Positions 38,163 through 51,400 of a stretch of 64,000 bases of DNA are shown in pieces. The DNA lies in contig NC_043000.1 in assembly GCF_006345805.1 (NCBI RefSeq), positions 127,162,001 to 127,226,000 on the forward strand, in the 5' to 3' direction. The notes beneath the pieces were generated by a model. The model was given only the letters and a program-made list of their open reading frames with translations. It ran no database searches and had not been told where the DNA came from. Source of the stretch: Octopus sinensis (Eukaryota). The first letter of the stretch is position 1; each line of letters opens with the position of its first letter. The position numbers were made by a program, and so were the translations under genes.

Positions 38163-39281
38163 TACATATATATCATCATCGTTTAACATCCACTTTCCAT
38201 GCTAGCATGGGTTGGACGATTTGACTGAGGACTGGCGAACCTGATGGCTGCACCAGGCTGCAATCTTGATTTGGCAGAGTTTCTACAGCTTGATGCCCTT
38301 CCTAATGCCAACCACTCCGAGAGTGTAGTGGGTGTTTTTATGTGCCACCAGCACAAGGGCCAGTCAGGCGGTACTGGCAATGGTCATGGAAAATCGTGTT
38401 TTTTTTTTTACGTGTCACCTGCACACCGGCACAAGTGCCAGTAAGGCTATGCTGGTAATGATCATGCTTGAATGGTGCTTTTTACATGCCACCAGCACGA
38501 TGTATGTATGTATGTATGTATCCACAGCAGCATGGAAAACTGACTTTAAACAATGAATGATCGTGTCAATGATACACACACTCACACACACAAAGAGTCT
38601 GCCTTTCTCACATATAAGTATATATATAGTTCACAAACTTCAGTAGTGTTGCATACATAAAAGCGTTGATGATGATAACTTAATAAGAACAATACAAAGA
38701 AACACAAGCTCATTAAGTTTTAAGCATAAATTCTATTTTGCTTTCCAAAGTAAACTTTCCATTCTTTTGATAATTCAATTAGTTATCTAATTTAAATATA
38801 TCTTTTCAAGAAAGTTATCTACAACGGCAGTTATCTTATTTGGTTGTAAATTCTTTTATAAGTTCTTAACTTTAACATCCACTATCAATTATTATTTCCT
38901 TAATTATTTTAACTGAATGCCCACAAGCATTCAAAAAGGAACATTCACTCCACAATGTAAAAGTGGTTGGCAAATATCAGACAATATATGTTGAAGAGGA
39001 CACTTTTTAGTCTCGTTAATGACATAGCAATGTTTCTAGTGTTGGCACCATAGTAAAATACACCAAATACACTCTGTAAAGTGGTTGGTATCAGGAAGAG
39101 CATCCAAATGTAGAAACCATATCAAAATGTGTGCAGTCAGATGTGACCCTCTGACCCATCTCAAGAGGTCAATAAGTTCTATTAAGGACTGACTTGGATT
39201 ATAATAACCCATGTAACCCATACCAGCAAGGAAAGAGGATGTGTATTCATGCGTGTATTTGTATACATGTGTGTGTGTGTA

Positions 39282-39353
<72 letters not shown>

Positions 39354-42300
39354 AGTACATATATATATATGCATGTATAAATATATACATGTATATATCA
39401 TCATCATCATCGTTTAACATCCAATTTCCATGCTGGCATGGGTTGGATGGTTTGACTGAGGGCTGGTGAGCTAGAAGGCTGCACCAGTCTCCAATCTGAT
39501 CTATATATGTCTGTATATCTGATGTATATATATGCCTGCATATATATATGTATATATGTGTTTATATATATATATGTGTGTATGTATGTACGTATGTATG
39601 TATGTGTGTGTGTGTGTATGTATGTATGTAATGTATGTGTGTGTGCGTGCATGTATATATATATATGTATGTATATATTATATAAAGTGTGTTGTTTCAT
39701 TAATGGTAGGATTAACAAAAAAGTATTCCATTCAGTGAGATCCATATCCTATATTTATTACACACACACGCACACACACACACACACACGCACACAAACG
39801 CACATGCACATGCACACACACACACACACACACATTTAAAGTTTGTGATCCATGATGGCATGGGTTAGGTGATCTGACAGGGCCTGATAGTCCCAAGGAC
39901 AGTGTTGTGATATTGTACTCCACTCTCACCTTTTGCATGGTTTCTATAGTTAAATGCCTTTCCTAATGCCAACCACTTCATAATATACTGGGTGCTTTTT
40001 TGCATGATAATAGCACTAATGAGGTTGTTACGCAGTTTGCAAGACTATGAAATCTGAAAGAGACAAGGCTTTATGCTCAGAGATGAGGGACTGAAGTATG
40101 AGAGAGGAGGCCTGGGCAGGACAGACTTTTTGTTGTAAAGAAGCTACATGGATACTCACATTTTAGAAGAGAGAGTAGAGGTGAGCAGGGTGGAGCTAGG
40201 TAAGAGATGAAGATAGTGATGATGAGGTAGCTGGGTGGATCCTCAAGATAGGAAGTGAGTAAAGGTGAATGGGGACAGAAAAAAGCTGGGTGTGTGGATG
40301 TGAAGAGGTTGTAAGAGAGTAGGGAGAAGAGAAATGGATGAATGGGAGTAGGCGTGAATATAATATAGATAAGAATGAAGAACAAATGTTGAGGGATGAT
40401 AAGTAGGAAAGGTGGGGGAGAGTAGGTGACAACTGTAGTGATTGATAAGGGATAAAGGATGGATAAGAGGTGGTGAAGTGATCAATGAAACAAAAAAGAA
40501 AAGAAAAATTCAATACAAACCATGACTCGATCAAGTGTAAGTTTCTTTTCTGAGAAACTTGTCTGCAATTGTGATTCTGTCTCCAGCTGAGCAGCAGTTT
40601 CACTAAGCCACTGCTTCATATTGTCAAGTTCATTATGAAACAGGGTCCAGTGAGATAGAGAACTTTCTAGATTTGCACATATGTTACTCATTTCAGATGA
40701 GAGGTTGTCATAGTCAGTTTGCACGGATTGTAGGTTTTTATGCAATTTCTGGCATCCTAAAATTGATGTGTTTGGCAAAACTAGTTTTAGGCTCTCCATA
40801 GCAACCTGAAGTTTGTGCAAACCTTCATCTCTTTCAGCCATGAGTACCTGAATGATAAAGGAAATGATGACAGCAAGTGGTTAAGCTGACAAAAAATAAT
40901 GATGGTGATAACAGTGGTACTGATGAATGTGACAACATCAAGGATGATTACAACAGTTACAAAGAAGGAGAATGCAAAGTTGATGAAAAAAGAATGAGAA
41001 ATCATACTACTACAACTACTACTACTAATGATAATAATAATAATAATGATAATAATAATAATAATGATAATAATAATAATAATAATAATAATCCTTTCTA
41101 CTATAGGCACAAGGCCCGAAATTGTTTGGAAGCTGGGGGCCAGTTGATTAGATCAACCCCAGAGTGCAACTGGTACTTAATTTATTGACCCTGAAAGAAG
41201 GAAAGGCAAAATCGACCTTGGTGGAATTTGAACTCAGAACATAAAGACAGACGAAATACTGCTAAGCATTTCGCCCAGTGTGTTAATGATTCTGCCAGCT
41301 CGCCGCCTTACTAATACTTCCACCACCACCACCACTACTACTACTAATAATAATCCTTTCTACCATAAGCACAAGGCATGAATTTTGGGGCAGGGGCTAA
41401 TTTGATTACATTAACCTCGGTATTCAATTGGTACTTATTTCATTGACCCCCAAAAGGCAAAATCAACCTCGGTGGGATTTAAATTCAGAACAAAAAGACA
41501 GATGAAATACCACTAAGTATTTTTTCAAATGTGCTAGCAATTCTCTCAGCTCACCACCTTAGCAAAAATAATAATAATAATAATGATTTCAAATTTTTCC
41601 ACAAGGGCAGCCATTTTAGGGGAGGGGATGAAACAATTCCATTGACCCCAGTGTTCAACTAGTACTTGTTTTATCAACCTTGAAAGGATGGAAGGTAAAG
41701 TCAACCTTGATGGAATTTGAACTCAGAACAGAGCGACAGGCAAAATACCACTAAGCTAATAATTCTGCCAATTTGTCACCTTACTAATAATGATAGCAAT
41801 AATAATGATAATAATAAAATAATATTTTAAGGTTACCTATACTGTTTGTTGGAGGCACATGGCCAAATGGTTAGAGCAGTGGACTCGTGGTCAAGGGATC
41901 ACAGGTTCGAATCTCAGACCAGAGGATGTGTGTTTATGAGTGAAAGCACCTAAGCTCCACACGGCTCCGGCATAAGGTAATGGCGAACTTCTGCTGACTC
42001 TTTCACCACAACTTTCTCTCACTCTTTCCTCCTGCATCTTGCAGTTCACCTGCGACAGACCGGTGTCCCATTCAGGTGGGGAACCTATACACCAAGGAAA
42101 CTTGGAAACCGGCCCTTATGAGCCAGGCATGGCTTGAAAAGGAACAAACAATACCGTTTGTTAGGTGAAACCTTAAATTGTATATGCTTCTACAACCTAT
42201 TTATAAAATACATATAACACAACTACACAGAAAATACATTAAAACTTCTTTGCCTTTATTATACCTGAATATTTTTGATTTTCTCTTGAATTACTGCTTC

Positions 42301-45194
42301 ATTACCCCTTGTGTCTTTGCATTCTTCAACCTTCTCTTGTAAACCTTTTGCCCAGGCAACACATTCTTCATAATGCAGCTGGTGTTTCTTATGGTCAGCT
42401 ACAAACTTTTCCCACTTACGACAGGAATCCTGAAAAAAAAGCAAAAACAAACATCATCGTTATCGTTTAGTGTTTGTTTTCCATGCTGGCATGAGTTAGA
42501 TGGTTTAACTGGAACTGGTAAGCCAGAGAGCTCTACCAGGCTCCAGTCTGATTTTGGCTTGGTTTCTACTGCTGGATGTCCTTCCTAATGCCAACCACTC
42601 CAAGAGTGTAGTGGATGCCTTTTATGTATCACTGGCACAGGTGCCTTTACGTGTCACTGTCACAGGTGCCTTATATATATAATCATCATCATCATCATCA
42701 ACAACAATCCCTGGACATTACTGGCTTGGGTTGTTGGACTCATGGCACTGGCTGCCTGCTTTTCATGGCATAAAAGTGACCAAGATCACAACATTCACCC
42801 CTAAATGGAATGCCAGTCTGTTGTTGAATTACTCATTTGCAGCTAAGTGGACTGGAGCACTGCCTAGTTTAGGAATCGAAACCATGACTCTACAATAATA
42901 AGTGCAATACCCTAAACTCTAGACCACACACCTCCATTATATATTTACATAAGGTCACATTAAAACAGAATTATATTGGCCACTCATTAAATATGATCAA
43001 CCGCTAAAAGGTTTAATAAAATATATAATTAGAAACATAAATAAATGCTGTTAAGTTTAAAACAAAATGGTCTTACTTTGATGTTACTGTAAACAACTTG
43101 CTTCCTGGCTTTAAGCTGAGACACATTAGTTATGATACTGGAATCTGAGGTGATTTGAGATAATGCCTGAGCCAATTCAAACAGATCTTCTATAGAGTCA
43201 GGCTGAGTTTCATTGGTCAGTTGGGACTGAAAGAGAAAATTAAAGTCTTCAGATTTTGATTTGTTAAAACCATGGCATTTTTTTTATTTAACTTTCTTTC
43301 TCTTGCTTTTTTCCTAGCCTCTTATTTTGCCATAGAATACAAAATGCTTAAATATTATCATTTTCTTTACATTGTGGTACAGCAGTGCCTTTTTTGATAG
43401 TAAGGAATGGGATTTAAGATAAATAATTGAAATTAGCATTGAGAAGATGTTTAATCATTTGTATTGAAGAATAGTGGACAGGAGAGGATTTCATGAAGAA
43501 CATCATTACAAGCAGGGGAAAAGGAAACAAAGTATACAGACACACAATGGAATACTGCTTCCACATCTGGAGCTATGGACATCATAGACTGGATCCAAAT
43601 ACATGGACAACCTAAACCGTTGGTATGAAGCCCCTCACCAATATACTCCAACTCCTGATTATCAAATGTTGTGTGTCTTCTCTCTGTCTTTTATACCACT
43701 ACTACAGTGGTCTCTGCATCTTGGATCTAAATAGACTTGTGTCACTTTCAATCAGGCACTCCTAACTCATTCAAGGCAGACCACATAATGAGTGTGGTCT
43801 GTCCTGAACACTTCATCCCTAGCCCAAATTAACCACTATACTATTTAATCCTCTAGAATGTCAGCTATCTGAATATTCTTTCCGCTAATGTCTTTTCTTG
43901 CAGGCATCAACTTCCAACCATTGAAGTTGATCAATCTGTTGCTTCAATCTCACTGATCTAGGTGGACTTACAACAGGTACATCCCATTCCACCAGACCAA
44001 ACCAAAAAGAAAAAAAGAAAGGAATACTGGGATTCTAAAGGTGAAACATTATAATTATAAATATGATGGACAGAATAACAGAAAGTGCATCAGGTTGGTT
44101 TTGAGTGGGTGTGGCATATAACACAGAATTGGTAGATTCAGAAGAAGAAAAGTCAAGGTGAAAAAATAAAGTTTACTGACACACCAGTGAGGTGATAAAT
44201 TCATAGAGTAAAAGGGGTTTTAGCGAATAAGTAGAATGTCCCAACAACTTAAAATTGAAACTAAATTAAGCAATTAATTTGCTAATAGTTTAGTGTACAA
44301 GATTACAGACATAGTTTAGCTTAGTATAGGCTATATACATAGTTTATTGTAACAAAGTGGTACACTGCATGATTGAAAAAAGGGAGCCAAGAATGAAACC
44401 CCTGTATAGTTGCTTGACTTGCTGAGGATGTCCCTTAAACCACAAACTATCATTTTAAAAATTAAAAGTGGGGTATATAGCGTAATGTAGTTTGAGATAC
44501 ACGGGAAACAAACTGCATGGTTGTGGCTTGAGAGTCTTTGGTCAAAGACAGGTCCGAGCAATCAGAGATGGATTGAAGTGAAACAACAAAACAACTATAG
44601 CAGAAACAAAAAAAAAAGTGAGAATTACCGTTAAAATATTCCACTGTTCTTCTTTCTCTTCCAGAGAGTTCTTTAGATCTGTGCCTTTCAGTTTGTTTTC
44701 AACTTGTTTAACCTCGGCAGAGCACTCTTCATATTTGGAATCAAAGACTTCCCATTGATCCATACAACTTTCCAGATCTTTCTTAGTCTATAACAGAGAA
44801 AATAATTGTGTTTAATGAAGGCAAAAAACCAGTAATTTTGAGGAGAGAGTTTTAAGTTGATACTATCAACTCCAGTATTTAAACAGTTCTTTTCTTTTAT
44901 CAACACTACCACCAGCCGTACCCTGAAAGGATGAAAAGCAAAAATTGACCTTGGGGGGATGGGGAATCAAACCCAGAACATAAAGAGATGAAAGAAATAC
45001 AGCAAAGTATTTTTTCAAATGCTCTAAGAATTCTGCCAACTTGCTGCCTTCTGTATTTGAAAAACTAATACTAATAGTTATATATATTCGTGTGTGTGTA
45101 TGTATATCTATATCTATATATATATACACACACATACACATGTATATAACTACTAGTATTAATTTTCCAAATACAGAAGGCAGCAAGTTGGCAG

Positions 45195-45244
<50 letters not shown>

Positions 45245-45387
45245 GATTAGATAAAGATAGTTATGGCTGATCTATGGGGCATCTCTCATCTCGATTGTAT
45301 AATATAACCATCTTTATCTAATTACTCTACCTCTCTATAACCTAGAATGTGCTTCTCTTTCAGATTTATAATATATGTATATATGTT

Positions 45388-45435
<48 letters not shown>

Positions 45436-48400
45436 CACACACATATATAAATCCACATTTTTCCACTGAGGGCTTATATGCCCCAATATCAGACTATTTT
45501 CTTTAGTCAATACATGGTGAAGCTTTATGCTTATAAAAATATTATGATTATTTACAGAATTGTAAAAATACATGGCACCACTTATCAAATCAGTCATCAC
45601 ATATGTACGTACGTACGTACATATGTGTGTGTGTGTGTGTGTGTATGTGTCTGTGTGAAAATAGGCTTTGCTAATGAACCAGATCAGTAGCATTGGACAT
45701 ATCTGCCTACAGAGTTAGATGGAAAGATTCAATATTGGGAAATAGAAGTAGGAAAACATACAACTATTGGAATAATTGCAACTTTGAGGCACAGAGTAAC
45801 AGGTACAATAACTATTTTGATGCCATCCTGCTTAAAGTCCATATATATATATGACAGGTTTCCTTCAGTTTCCATCCACTAAGCCCACTTACAAGGCTTT
45901 GTTCTGCCCAAGGTGCCATGTAGTAGGACTGAACTAAAGCCAGATGAAGCAAATTTGTTAAGCATACATCTGCAACTATAATCCGTACTTTCACTTATCT
46001 GTTATCATAAGATTTTTTTTTGTTCTACTCCAAATATTATAGATAGCTTTTTTTTTTTAATACTGGTTGTGCTTTCTTGTAGACATGCATGTGCATATAT
46101 GCAGACACATGTACACAACTCCCTCTTTCTTTCATGTTATATATTATTTGTATATTTTCATTTTTGTCAAACATCACTTACATTTTTCTTTCTGTTTAAC
46201 TCTCTATTTATCTCACTTTTCTCTTTTTCTCACATATGCTCCTTCTCTAACTGTTTCTAGATTTACAGTGGTCTCGTTTGAGAAAAGAAGGAAAGATAAA
46301 ACATAAAGCAGAACAGAGATCACAGTAGTATTTATCTCACCTGCACAATTGCTGCAACAAAAGCTGACCAATCATCTTGCAGACTATTGACTTCACGTTT
46401 GATAATATCCTTGCCTTGTTGAGACGTGTTTGGAAGAACTTTTCCGGAGAGTTCTACAACTTTTTTCACCTTTGGTTCCCCTTCAGTCTTGGTAGCCAGG
46501 ATATCCTGATGGAAACACAAATGCATTAGTACAAAAAAACAAAGAATTATTTAAGTGAAAAAATATTAACACATATCAAGAAAAACTCTATATGAAACAG
46601 ACACAGACAAACAGCTATATGAGTGCATGTTTGTATGTATATGTATCTCTCTTTTGTGTGAGTGTGTGTGTGTGTGTGATAATTTAGCTTTTCCATAGCA
46701 GGTTTAATAACTGGTTGTTTGAACACAGTATAATCTGTCTGCTATTCATAATCTATGGTTGTCAGGTTGCTTGAACTCACACATATCCCCATATCTTGAC
46801 TTTCATGTAAACCACAACATACATACATACAGAGAAAAATACTGACCAATAAATGACGAAAGAACAAGAGTTATGTAATTATATTTATTAGCTTACAGCT
46901 GTTTCAGTTACAGGAACAAAACACCAAATAATGAGTGTCGGTGTGCTAATGAATTTAATTATATAACCCTTCTTTTGTCATTAATTAATCAATAGAAACA
47001 CACAAACACACTCACAAACCAAAGTGTATAGATCTATCAAGCTTAGCACTCAGTGTCACATATGCAGCCACCCAATTTAAAGATTTGGCTTCAGTAGTTA
47101 GTGATAAGATGAACTTTTAGTTATAATATATATATGTGCAACTAATTTATGCATATATAAGTGCTTATATGACCATTTAACTATGGAAAGAAGAGTAAAA
47201 TAAATAATAATGACAAATTATTATTATAATTAATATTATCAATACTATTGATTATAAAAAAAAATTTAATTATAAATGTAAGAAATTATTATGATTTTTA
47301 TTTTATTATCATTATTATTACCATTTTTCATCATCATTCGTCATATAAATTATGCATATATGTATTGTTAAGTATAGTAGGTGCAAAGGAAAAGTAATTA
47401 AATTTCCATTAAGATAGTAAGTTTCAATATGTTTAAATACATTCATACTAAAGCTAAGATCTTTGTGAGTCTGAAGCAATAATGAAGCTATTTGTTACTC
47501 ATGGGATGTTCACACATTTTAGTATTTTAGAATATTTGTGTTAAGTGACATGAATGGTCGTGAATAAAAATGAAAAAAAATTATAAAACCACTACAGTAT
47601 AGTCTTCAATTTTACATTTAATTACATGTTTCATTCTGCTGAATTGTGAAAGAATTATGGCTAGACACTTTGAGTTCTGAAAGATATATATTTATGTATT
47701 TGATAAATTGGTCTTTAATAATAAATATGTAGAGAGAATTAAATAAGCACTTGAATAAAGTACTGAAAAGTAAATGTTTAAATTTCAAATGTTATCTTGT
47801 CAAATCTATAAATTTTAAAGAAGCTTTAGTTTTACTTTCTAATAGATTTTTTAATGGAATTCTTCAGTATGGTGACATCAAGGTTTAAAATAACATTGTT
47901 ATGTATCAGATGGTTATTTCATTGCTATGTTTTGGTTAATTATCTCTTCAGTAAACTGTATGAATATTGTACACAAATTCAAACAAAACACAATCATAAT
48001 TTAAGGAAATGAATCCCGCTAACTAGATTATATTGTAGAATTACACATCATCAAGAGAAGAAATTTTACAAGATATCCCCCAAGAAATGAATGTCCCATT
48101 CTTAATGAATTTTACAAGAAATAAGACTGTACACAACAGTAAACACAAGTAGTTTGTAATCAAAACCAGAGTCTAGATTCTAAAAAAGAATTATAGATTT
48201 GTCTAAGGAGGCGAGGTAGTACCCAAGACATTTTGAAGGCCTTCAAGATTGGTAGGAGGAAGGGAGAAAGTTATCCTCAAACTAGAATTCTTAAATTGAT
48301 GCAGATTTTGCTAATATATTCAAAGGAAATGTGATGATATTAAAGAGGTAACGGATTAATCTGTTACCTCTTTAACATCATCTTTAACTAATCAGGAAGA

Positions 48401-51400
48401 GTTCTTCCAATGCTTCTGATTACCAAATTTCATTCACAAGACTCTGGTTGACCCAAGGCTATGATGAAAGCGATAGAAAACTCTTGATCAAGGTATAGTA
48501 TAGTATAGTACAGAACCTGAAACCACATAGTTGTGAAGTAAACTTCTTAACCACACAGCTATACTTTCACCCAATAATAAGGCAGCCTGAGACTATTGGT
48601 TGAAATTACAATCTCAAGACATGACTTCTTTTACAGATTGCTTTCTACAAGCTCACAGGAACTGAAACCAAAACTGCATGTTAATGAAAACCACAACAAT
48701 TTAAAGTTGATCTTATTTTGTAGAACATAAATAATTTACAGCAAAGTTGACTGGAGCATTTGAAAGTTATGTCAAGACACACAGACATAGCTAGATATAA
48801 GATACAAAAGCCTGAAGATTCTGTTGGTGGTCCTGAACACTACAGAGTCAACCACTGGTTCTCTCACACTACACATGTCCTGATCATACAATCAAACAGT
48901 TTGTTGAAAAATTTATTGTGTACCAAAAACATAAATGAATGAAATGTACCCATATTTTAAACCCAGTTTTGTGCATCTATAGAAGAATTTGTTTACTGTG
49001 TCTACAAAGATCATAAAAAAAGTTTGGAGAGGAAGAAGGAGAGAAAGAGAAACATTGAATATAACAAAATTGAATTAGCTGAGAGAAAACAACTGAAATA
49101 TTTAATAGAAAAATTAGTATTTCACTCTTTAAAAACATGAAAGCAAGAAGAATAATTAGTGATGAGAGATATTGAAGAGAGGTGATTGGTTACTCATAAA
49201 ATAACTTCAATCAAAATAATGAGTGCTTATATTTGTGTAACTAAAGCCTCACAATTTGTCCAGGTTTTAGTAGTTGGCCAGAACAAAGAAATGACATAAT
49301 TATTTTATGGTAATATCTACATTTTCAGCAACATCTAACTTCTACCAGCTACCAAAAATTGTCTGTGAATGTGTGTGCATGTGTGTATAATTCCATGTCT
49401 CATGACTTTTGAGTGCTTTGTATAGGAATGTTCATGCATTTGTGTAACTGTTTGAGTGCACCTATGCATAATAGTGTGTGTGTGTATCATATTTATATTT
49501 TGGTAATTATTCTGCTGTGACTTCTCTGAAGAACCTGTGCACCCACAGAGCAACCTAGAGTAGCATTGCACAACCAAAATAAAGATAAAATTAATCTCTA
49601 TAGAGGAGTGTTCTTTCTTCTGACTGTTAGCACTAAACATGCATATAGGCATAGGTATGTGTGTGTGAATGATAAACATGCACACTCATAAATCAAGGCA
49701 TCTAACACAATGCATCTTCTGTTTCACCACGTGGTTTGTGGGCTCAAGAGCATAAATGTAGCCAAGACAGAATATATAAATCTAGAAAGATAAACTACTA
49801 TGCATATTCCTTTGGGTTATACTCAAGTTGATCAGGGTGATTTAACAACAGAGTAATTATGGTAAAAATCTGATCCATGATTCACTCCAGTTGTCTTTTT
49901 GATATTAATTAATAATGCATAAATTGGGAATGGTATGTATTTTTCTGTTATGTACTCAGGTCAACAAGCAGAATTAATGTACAAAGGTACAGCAGAAAAA
50001 ATATAGTCATTTGGTTTGTTTAATGTTAAATGTCTCCTTATGGATAATGTGTATCTACTAGTTATGCAGTCTTTGAATATTTCTGCATATTTTTGATATG
50101 CAATATATTTACATTTATCTAGCAATCATCATCACTATTTTGATAAATGCAGTGAAGTCTATATATTGCTAAGGAGGTGTAATAAGACTAAAATAAATCT
50201 GGAGTTGTCTTTCCAAAGGATTCAAAATAATATTAGCCATTGCTTAATATTATTTTTCCCCTATGATAAAGTTATTTTTAGTTAACACATTTAATGTTCT
50301 TTGTATCAAATGTTAACTCTAACCAAAAAATGTTTTAAATTATGCAGGAATCAGAATACAGATTACAGAATAATTATGATAAAAATCTGATTCGTGATTC
50401 ATCACCATTACACAAGCAACTATAATAATTTCCTTCAACCACTGCAAAATATTCCAAAACTAAATGGATGATATATTATTAAAAACAGAAATGCAAAGTG
50501 GTAGACTGACTAAACTGTTAGCAAATCAGACAAAATGCCTTGTGGTATTTAACAGTGGCCTTTTACACTTGAGTTCAATCCCTGCCAAGAGCAACTCTAT
50601 CACTTATTCTTCTGAGGGTTACTAAAATAAATTACCAGTCAATATAATAAACTTCCTCCCATCACATCACTAATGTTATTAATGTAATAAATTAATATAT
50701 AAAACCAAAATTAAATGTTCTTTTAGGACAACATATAGTTTAGTTCTGATTAAATTTATTGAGTCAAATTAATACTGATAGTCTAAAGTTTGTTTAATCA
50801 TTGGTTTCTGTTAGTTTTGTTGTTGCTGTTTATCCCTTCCTTACATCAGTCCTGGTCAAAGACACTAGCCTTGATTATCCCATTTCTGCAGTGTCTATCC
50901 AGAACTACATATTGTATATATCCATTCATTCTCATTTTTAAAGATGAGTTGCTTGAAGGAGATTTGGCAACTATTTCTAGCAAATCAAATGACCATATTG
51001 AGGTTCCTTTGTTCATTTTCCCTTGTTTGTTCATCTGAATCATCTTAAGGCATCCATTGTTGAAATCATTCCGTTTAATCTATCATACTAAATGACAAAC
51101 AATCATCTCCTGAACAAGTTTCATATTTTAATTAATCGCACCTTAATCCTTGCTTAACTAACTTCATTCATGAGATGCATTCAAACTATTCATTTTAATT
51201 ACTCTATAATGAATAGTTAATCAAGTAACAGTGTGTTAACTAAATTCTATTTGACAAAAACAACTGAAAACAATGCTTGATGATAGCTCAACCCTCCAAT
51301 AGTAAAATAAAATATAATTATAAAATAATTTGGGGTTTATTTTTTGAGTAACCAATAGAATATTGTTAAGATTGCATAAATACACTCAAAAAGCAGCATT

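Noticed and set aside
45598-45627. Perfect 30-bp palindrome CACATATGTACGTACGTACGTACATATGTG
   Set aside because: Expected by-product of alternating purine-pyrimidine microsatellites.
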